From the IMG/VR virus record IMGVR_UViG_3300042695_001232: a stretch of 64,000 nucleotides of DNA; one strand, 5' to 3'. The stretch's first letter is position 1. Each line of letters begins with the position of its first letter. The translations under genes were made by a program, and so were the position numbers. This stretch comes from an uncultured virus (IMG/VR IMGVR_UViG_3300042695_001232) (Duplodnaviria; Heunggongvirae; Uroviricota; Caudoviricetes). Below, piece by piece: positions 57,488 to 64,000 of the stretch. Under the pieces are notes generated by a model. The model was not told where the DNA came from. It worked only from the letters and a program-made list of their open reading frames with translations, and did not search any database.

Positions 57488-59584
57488 TCAAGAGGTGCGT
57501 ATACTTTCAGTCTTAATAAGGTCATTGATTTTATCTATAACCATTTGAGAACTAATTTGTTTAGAACACTCAAACTGTCTATCAGTACCCTTTTGTCGAG
57601 GGCACCAATTCCAATCACCCTTATCAAAATCACAATCATTCCAACAACCATGACACACGTCTTTGTTAATAACACGGTAAGGTGTATAAAACTCACTCTC
57701 TGGTAAACTAAATCCACTCACCAAAACCGTTGGCTTATTCAATGCCCATGACAACCATGATAACCCCGATCCAATTCCAACAAAGAATTCACAGTTATAC
57801 AACAAATTTATAGTTTCGTGTATATCCTTTGCACCAGACTTGTTAATAATATTAGTAATATCATTCTTTTCTTCCAACTGAATCAACATTGGTTTCAAAC
57901 CAATACTATTCAAATAATCACACATTTCCTGCCAACCAGTAGGATTATTCCAAAACTTAGCCTGCGAAGTAGAATGTGTGGCAAAACAAACATAACGATC
58001 TTCAACAAGACGATTCTTATTTCTAACAGAAATTTTTGGTTTAATGTCTGTATGATCAAGTCCCAATATCGAAGATGACAATTTCTGTAATGTAACCTCT
58101 TTATATGTATAAAATGAACGATGTTTATCAGGATAACAACCAATTCGGTAAACGGCGTAAAAATCACCATGCCATTCTAATCCACAAAACTTAATGTCAG
58201 GATAATTGTCTTGAAACAATGTGCTCCAATTTGTTGCACACGTGATATTGCACCCATGTTTCTTTCTAAACTCCTCTACATACGGAAACCAAGCAATACA
58301 ATCACCCAATGATCGTGTATCCAAACAAATCAACACGTTTTTGTTTTTCAAATCTAACTTACTATCCAAAATTAATTTTGACCCCGAACTAATTTTAATG
58401 TTGTACGGAATAAAACGCTTCACAAAACACCGAGACCATTCATTTGATTTTAACGTGCCACCAAATAATGAAGTACCAGTATTTTCATCAACAAAATCAA
58501 AATCGTACTTAGTTGATGGATCGCCACCGTTTATAGAAATATAAGCTCCATCACAATAATCAATTGTGATCTTCGCACTCTGGTGTTGCTTGACATTCAT
58601 AAGTGTTTGATCATAAACATCGTTCAGTTCGTTTTTCATACGATATTCATCCACTTTTCTATACTCTTTGATCAAATCATCAACAACAAAGTTCCAATCA
58701 TTCGATTTAGCATATGTTAACGCATCTCGTCGCAATTGCTGCCAGTTATTCATTACAGTAGATATTCCTTTATATACTGATTCAACATTACGTTCTATCT
58801 TAACCATGCCTGGCAAAGCATCAGTATCATATGTAGAAACTACCGGAAGTGCACATGACATAGCTTCAACCAACGTCAAATTAGGATGACCGGCCTCAAC
58901 TGACGATGGATGTAGAAAAATAGTATGATCACGATAAACTTCAACCAAATCTTTTTCGTTCAAATCATACAAAAATTTCACTTTGTCATACGGCTTGAAA
59001 TCTTTGTTGGTTTCAAAAAACTCTTTATTAGCAGATGGACCAGCAATAGTCAATTCAAGATCATGCTTACGAGCTGCCTCAATTGCATAAACAAACCCTT
59101 TACGGTCAAATGACATGTTTGCATGTAATCCGTTTCTTCCAACACACAACAACTTATGTTTTTTATTATTAGGATCACCCGGAGTAAAAAATGATGTGTT
59201 AGCACCATGACGCAAATACTTTACACGTCTACTATTAAAATACGAAACCAAATGAGTGGCAGGAACAAAGGAAATTATAGACTTTTCCATCGCCTCACGA
59301 TTCTGATTATATAATGCAGACTGATCACCATATACTTCAGTATGATGATCGTGCATGGTAAACACATAAGGAATTTTACGTTCATGTGCAAGTAAAGCCA
59401 AATTAGCAACATGAATATGAACTACATCATAGTTTTCAACTTTAACATCATCCAAATATTTAATGTCACAAACATGACCCATTCTTTCCAATGATTGCTT
59501 ATATTCCCATATAATCTTTTCTATAGCTCCCCAACCATTTGGTGGTATCGATATCAATCCCGGTGTAACTTGACAAATTCTCAT
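57488..59584 (-). CDS. GT4 domain fused to an autotransporter O-heptosyltransferase (TibC/Aah-like) domain
   Basis: N-terminal IPPNGWGAIE...EAGHPNLTLVEAM; C-terminal SLGDCIAWFPYVEEFRKKH, STSQAKFWNNP.GW, FVGIGSGLSWLSWA, SGFS..SEF, CHGCWND...WCP...FECSKQI. Confidence 0.85.
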   Translation of the reverse strand: MRICQVTPGLISIPPNGWGAIEKIIWEYKQSLERMGHVCDIKYLDDVKVENYDVVHIHVANLALLAHERKIPYVFTMHDHHTEVYGDQSALYNQNREAMEKSIISFVPATHLVSYFNSRRVKYLRHGANTSFFTPGDPNNKKHKLLCVGRNGLHANMSFDRKGFVYAIEAARKHDLELTIAGPSANKEFFETNKDFKPYDKVKFLYDLNEKDLVEVYRDHTIFLHPSSVEAGHPNLTLVEAMSCALPVVSTYDTDALPGMVKIERNVESVYKGISTVMNNWQQLRRDALTYAKSNDWNFVVDDLIKEYRKVDEYRMKNELNDVYDQTLMNVKQHQSAKITIDYCDGAYISINGGDPSTKYDFDFVDENTGTSLFGGTLKSNEWSRCFVKRFIPYNIKISSGSKLILDSKLDLKNKNVLICLDTRSLGDCIAWFPYVEEFRKKHGCNITCATNWSTLFQDNYPDIKFCGLEWHGDFYAVYRIGCYPDKHRSFYTYKEVTLQKLSSSILGLDHTDIKPKISVRNKNRLVEDRYVCFATHSTSQAKFWNNPTGWQEMCDYLNSIGLKPMLIQLEEKNDITNIINKSGAKDIHETINLLYNCEFFVGIGSGLSWLSWALNKPTVLVSGFSLPESEFYTPYRVINKDVCHGCWNDCDFDKGDWNWCPRQKGTDRQFECSKQISSQMVIDKINDLIKTESIRTS

Positions 59585-59586
59585 AT

Positions 59587-62019
59587 TTATTTAGCCAATG
59601 ACTTAGTTGTAAAAATTTTGATATAACTATGCAAATCAGATAATGATCCAATTGTTTTAAATTGATGCAAATGATTATTATTAATCACATACACATCCAC
59701 ATTCTTTTTGCTAGACTTGTAATACGGACTCATGCCAATATAAGGAGTATCACCAATAACCAAACCAAGAACGGATTCATGGTTATCAACCAAATACTTG
59801 TGAGCCTGACGAACACTCTGAACAAACTCTTCAGACTTTACATTCAATTGAACATTCTTAATTACCACATTTATATTGTTGTTATAATTAAACAAATTGT
59901 TCACCACATCAATCTCAGAACTTTGAATGTAATTACGATAAACACATTTATGCGCACTTAGTTCTGATAAATCATTAAACAAAATATCGTTTGGATTAAC
60001 ATGGTGTATATTAATCGTGTTCGACGCATTCACTGCCGAACGAGGCATCAATGTAAACTTACCATTGTCTCGTATCTGATTAATATCACTAAATTCAATG
60101 TTCCTTCTATCAATAACCTTCAAATCAGAATTATATTCTTCCAACATAACAAGGTATTTACTTCCAGTCTTATATTTGACCGGTTGATAAAAAATACCAT
60201 TCATTAACTGTTGATAAGCAACTTTTAATACTATCTTGTTATCTTCATATACTCTGATACTCACCGACTTGTTATCAACTACATTATTAGAACTCTTCCA
60301 AATATAAAAACTAGACAAATCATCGTTTGGTACCACTGAGAAATATTCTACCCTAGAAAACGCATTCAAAGAACTATTCGGAAATATCTTCTCTTCCTTG
60401 TCTTTAGTCAAAGTAAAACTGCTCAAATCATTCTTTAATACATTATAAACATAATTCTCCAAACCATTCGACGGAGAATTATATTTCACAAGACTAGCAT
60501 TATACTCACTCTCAGTATCAACCCTCTCAAACTTTTCTATGAAATAATCATTGTCAATTACAAAAAATACAGTTTTTAACGTGTCTCCTTCACCCATAAC
60601 TTCATGGATAAAATACCCCTTGCTCTTAGACACTTCCAAATCATTAACAATAGTACCAATTACACTCAAATCACCGCCACTCAATACTATATCATAATTC
60701 AAACATACACTGTACTTATAACCCAACTCCTTAGACTTACGTATACCATTCTGATAATTGGTCCAAACAGCCAACCCATGATAATTATCATTGTCGTTCT
60801 TCTTCAAATTCAAATCAAAGTCAAACACATTATCACGATACCAATACTTACAATAAAAATTATGCTTGATTATAGGATTACTAACATCATACACAACACT
60901 ATTAGCTATAGTGTTAAACTTCTCATAATCAGAATGATGGGTCGTCAATATAGTCTCCGAATCACTCAAAGCATTCAAACACTGTACTGTAGTATCAAAT
61001 TCAACAGATGTCGTTGGATACGTCGAAACAACATAAGCATAGTTACGCTTTTTATTCTGAATATTCAAACACGACTTGATCTTTTTAACATTGTCATTCA
61101 AATCATTCGACAAATAAGAAATATTTGAATATCTGTTATACATGTTCAAATATACAGGCAAATTATATATCAACGATGGTATCTTATAACTAATCGCCTC
61201 TCGTATTACAATCGGACTAGTCTCTTTATCATTCTCACTTCCACGACTCGTAAACAAAAACAAATCCATACAACTGTAAAACGTATCAACATCATTACGT
61301 TCACCCCACGCCTTACAGTTCTTTGGCAAATTCTTAAGCAACGGTGACCAATATGATTCAAAATTTCCAGCGGTGTTTCCAACAAAATGAAACTGCACCG
61401 GACAATCTAACATCTTATTAGCATATTCAATAATTTCACCCTGATTCTTACGACGCGACCACAAACCAACATTAACAATATGCAACAACGACGGATCCAA
61501 TCCCAACTTTCTAAGAACTTCATCACGATTGCTCGCCTTATCCTTAATGTATATTGGATACTCAATTACATGTGAAGGTACATTAAGTACACTCAATGCA
61601 TTTTTTTGATAGTTGCTAACAAATACAAACCGATCCGGAAAAAATCGCTTGTTAGCAGAATTAAAACTGCTGTCGTGGGATGTCTCAACAATATGATACT
61701 TACGTTCATTGTTATACACCTTCGCAGTAACATCATCCGACATAAAATACTCTGGCATCTCCTCCAAATGTATTATGTCCGGTTGAATATCATCTATAAT
61801 CGATAACAATTGATGCTTGTTATCTCCCAATACATGATAACAATCACCAAGCAGTTCACGTACTTGAGTCTTTTGTACTATGAACCACTCACCGTAATTG
61901 TTATACTCAACACAATATAACTTATGTGTATCTTTTAATACATTCAGTTTCTTCAAAAGATACTGCGGACACCCCCCAGTAGATAAATGAGGAGTGATAT
62001 ATAAAATTTTATAACTCAT
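59587..62019 (-). CDS. multidomain glycosyltransferase (GT4 N-terminus plus an uncharacterised DxD-like domain)
   Basis: PHLSTGGCPQY, NVGLWSRRKNQ, DLFLFTS...ETSPIVIREA; second half contains LNYDIV. ATG at 62019 preferred. Confidence 0.75.
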   Translation of the reverse strand: MSYKILYITPHLSTGGCPQYLLKKLNVLKDTHKLYCVEYNNYGEWFIVQKTQVRELLGDCYHVLGDNKHQLLSIIDDIQPDIIHLEEMPEYFMSDDVTAKVYNNERKYHIVETSHDSSFNSANKRFFPDRFVFVSNYQKNALSVLNVPSHVIEYPIYIKDKASNRDEVLRKLGLDPSLLHIVNVGLWSRRKNQGEIIEYANKMLDCPVQFHFVGNTAGNFESYWSPLLKNLPKNCKAWGERNDVDTFYSCMDLFLFTSRGSENDKETSPIVIREAISYKIPSLIYNLPVYLNMYNRYSNISYLSNDLNDNVKKIKSCLNIQNKKRNYAYVVSTYPTTSVEFDTTVQCLNALSDSETILTTHHSDYEKFNTIANSVVYDVSNPIIKHNFYCKYWYRDNVFDFDLNLKKNDNDNYHGLAVWTNYQNGIRKSKELGYKYSVCLNYDIVLSGGDLSVIGTIVNDLEVSKSKGYFIHEVMGEGDTLKTVFFVIDNDYFIEKFERVDTESEYNASLVKYNSPSNGLENYVYNVLKNDLSSFTLTKDKEEKIFPNSSLNAFSRVEYFSVVPNDDLSSFYIWKSSNNVVDNKSVSIRVYEDNKIVLKVAYQQLMNGIFYQPVKYKTGSKYLVMLEEYNSDLKVIDRRNIEFSDINQIRDNGKFTLMPRSAVNASNTINIHHVNPNDILFNDLSELSAHKCVYRNYIQSSEIDVVNNLFNYNNNINVVIKNVQLNVKSEEFVQSVRQAHKYLVDNHESVLGLVIGDTPYIGMSPYYKSSKKNVDVYVINNNHLHQFKTIGSLSDLHSYIKIFTTKSLAK

Positions 62020-62078
62020 TATATTAAAATAGTGATCAATGACCACTAAAATTTATTTTAATTTTTCAATCGTTATTC

Positions 62079-64000
62079 TCAGGTAAATATTGGACTGTAC
62101 GACCATCCATTTGTTGAGTCATAAACGTACAAACGTTTTTCATCGGCATCCCAATACATAGCAGCACGGTTGGCTGTCAAAGTAAGAGCTTGACCATCAT
62201 TGAGGAGATCGCCCGTTGGTGCACCTGCATCACATGGAATCCAAACAAACCCATATGTCATAGCGGCGAAACCGGTAGTTGCACTGTACAAATCACCCAA
62301 GGACTCTGCCCAAAGAGATCCAGTGATTGCCTTGCCACTGGTGTCATCCCACTTGACTAAGTAGTCTTGGAAACCACTTGCTTGTCCAGTTACGTCACCA
62401 CCACCACCAGCGCCTGGTGCACCTTGTGCACCCGATGTACCCGAGGTTCCACTTGTACCTGAAGTACCTGAAGTACCTGAAGTACCAGATGTTCCACTTG
62501 TACCGTTTCTACCCGATGTACCCGAGGTTCCACTTGTACCAGATGTACCAGCGGCACCCGATGTACCGGTTGTACCAGATGAACCACTGCCACCCGGAGA
62601 ACCCGCACCTGATGTACCAGATGTACCGCTTGGACCTTGTGCACCCGAAGTACCTGACGTACCCGATGTACCCGAAGTACCACTTGTACCTGATGTACCC
62701 GAAGTACCTGACGTACCCGAAGTACCACTTGTACCACTTGTACCACTTGTACCTGATGTACCAGTTGTACCCGATGTACCGTTTCTACCTGATGTACCAC
62801 TTGTACCTGATGTACCTGAAGTACCACTTGTACCACTTGTACCCGAGGTTCCACTTGCACCTTGTACACCCGAAGTACCCGAAGTACCAGCTGCCCCAGC
62901 TCCTCCAGATTCACCAGAGAAACTAAATGTCAAATTCTGAACAGTACCCCATGTATTATCTCCATTACCAGATCCAAGACCAGTGATACCGAAAACCCAA
63001 TATCTTTTCAAATTAAAATAAGCAGCACTAGTAATTTTATAGATCTGCCATGTTGTAGGATCATCTTTTGCTGTTACTGTAACGACTGCTTTTGTAGGAT
63101 TATTAACGTTATTTATTGTATTAAATAAGTCAAAATAATTATTTCCCGGAGCAACAAATGGATATGAGTATTCTGATATATACAAACTTCCACTGACGGC
63201 ACCGGCTGAACCACTAGCCACAGTTGTTACGTTTGGAGCGGAATCACGAATGTTTGTATCGTACAACCACTGTATAACGTTAGACGCGTTCTGACCTGCT
63301 GCACCCGATGTACCACTTGTACCTGATGTACCTGATGTACCCGATGTACCCGATGTACCCGATGTACCCGATGTACCCGATGTACCACTTGTACCTGATG
63401 TACCACTTGTACCCGATGTACCACTTGTACCTGATGTACCTGAGGTTCCACTTGTACCTGAGGTTCCACTTGTACCCGATGTACCCGATGTACCCGATGT
63501 ACCCGATGTACCCGATGTACCCGATGTACCCGATGTACCCGATGTACCCGATGTACCCGATGTACCCGATGTACCACTTGCACCATTTGCTGTCCATGTC
63601 ATAACCAATCGATCAGCGGGTTCAGCAAGATTGTCGGTGAATGGATCAATCGATGATGACATAACTGGAGTACCAGTTATTTGGAAACCTACAAACGGAC
63701 TAGATGCAAACTCTTGTACGGATGTAACTTTAGTGATTACGAATCTACTAGAACTGAAAGCGTGACTGACTCTTAAATATCCAGGCACAGATGCCGATAC
63801 AGATTGCCACCATTTTGTTACATTCGTCGTTGGTGTTATACTAAAATCACCTGGCGGATATAAAGTCATTGATCTGTAATCAACGTTAATAACACTACCG
63901 AACGAAGCAGTTGGGAAACATGCTTCTGCTGCGAAGACTGGATAATAATCTGGATCCTTAGCTACGCTTGCGTATCTATACAATACTGAATTACCGCCAA
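62079..64000 (-). CDS. collagen-like (Gly-Thr-Ser)n fibre protein; 5' end beyond window
   Basis: Frame open to the window edge; two long G-X-Y blocks dominated by GTS; C-terminal MYWDADEKRLYVYD..W fibre-type motif. Confidence 0.8.
   Translation of the reverse strand, partial: GGNSVLYRYASVAKDPDYYPVFAAEACFPTASFGSVINVDYRSMTLYPPGDFSITPTTNVTKWWQSVSASVPGYLRVSHAFSSSRFVITKVTSVQEFASSPFVGFQITGTPVMSSSIDPFTDNLAEPADRLVMTWTANGASGTSGTSGTSGTSGTSGTSGTSGTSGTSGTSGTSGTSGTSGTSGTSGTSGTSGTSGTSGTSGTSGTSGTSGTSGTSGTSGTSGTSGTSGTSGAAGQNASNVIQWLYDTNIRDSAPNVTTVASGSAGAVSGSLYISEYSYPFVAPGNNYFDLFNTINNVNNPTKAVVTVTAKDDPTTWQIYKITSAAYFNLKRYWVFGITGLGSGNGDNTWGTVQNLTFSFSGESGGAGAAGTSGTSGVQGASGTSGTSGTSGTSGTSGTSGTSGRNGTSGTTGTSGTSGTSGTSGTSGTSGTSGTSGTSGTSGTSGTSGTSGAQGPSGTSGTSGAGSPGGSGSSGTTGTSGAAGTSGTSGTSGTSGRNGTSGTSGTSGTSGTSGTSGTSGTSGAQGAPGAGGGGDVTGQASGFQDYLVKWDDTSGKAITGSLWAESLGDLYSATTGFAAMTYGFVWIPCDAGAPTGDLLNDGQALTLTANRAAMYWDADEKRLYVYDSTNGWSYSPIFT
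62410..62900 (-). repeat. 9-bp-period coding repeat (GTS)n, block 2
   Basis: Degenerate gtacccgat/gtaccactt/gtacctgaa units. Confidence 0.9.
63302..63585 (-). repeat. 9-bp-period coding repeat (GTS)n, block 1
   Basis: Includes 11 perfect gtacccgat copies at 63472-63570. Confidence 0.92.

Noticed and set aside
63302..63585. Possible CRISPR array or DGR repeat
   Set aside because: Contiguous 9-bp coding units with no spacers; no cas or reverse transcriptase gene and no TR/VR pair seen.
62378..63604. Alternative-frame ORFs over the GTS repeats (VHRVHR, YPMYPM, GYIGYI)
   Set aside because: By-products of a stop-free 9-bp repeat; the Gly-X-Y frame is continuous with the flanking globular domains.
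1..64000. Active stop-codon reassignment, tRNA genes, integrase or prophage boundaries
   Set aside because: Code 11 gives dense full-length genes; no cloverleaf recognised in the short intergenic gaps; no integrase or host-chromosome segment.

Overview
This window comes from a large, AT-rich lytic myovirus genome with T4-like replication genes and a contractile tail. No rRNA, tRNA or CRISPR array was recognised. (1) 1-12.0 kb (+): dUTPase, then a tightly coupled glycan-building operon (GT4, GT2, GT11, GT7-like, GT6, two FkbM methyltransferases, HtrL-like, DUF3431-like, further GT-like ORFs). (2) 12.0-39.6 kb (-): a nucleotide-sugar module (RmlA, bifunctional epimerase/reductase, NDP-hexose C-methyltransferase, RmlB, a GT-B) co-transcribed with dNMP kinase and clamp-loader genes. 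Also UvsE, a DUF4338/DruA-like protein, a MoxR AAA + vWA pair, class Ia RNR, helicase, 5'-3' exonuclease, RecA/UvsX, gp32-like SSB, a PD-(D/E)xK-like protein and a short PolA-like protein. (3) 39.6-57.3 kb (-): baseplate, tape measure, tail chaperone, tube and sheath, with a nucleotidyltransferase, a 5'-nucleotidase and a free-standing endonuclease between sheath and tube. (4) 57.5-64 kb (-): a (Gly-Thr-Ser)n collagen-like fibre protein followed by a GT4 protein and a GT4::TibC/Aah-type O-heptosyltransferase fusion. Main leads: a candidate phage protein O-glycosylation system for Ser/Thr-rich fibres; a hidden start-less ORF implying a +1/-2 programmed frameshift in the tail chaperone; a recurrent TATTTATA motif (reverse complement of the T4 late promoter) before late genes; and a shared N-terminal signal on late non-structural proteins. 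All family calls come from motifs recognised by eye; no database search was run.
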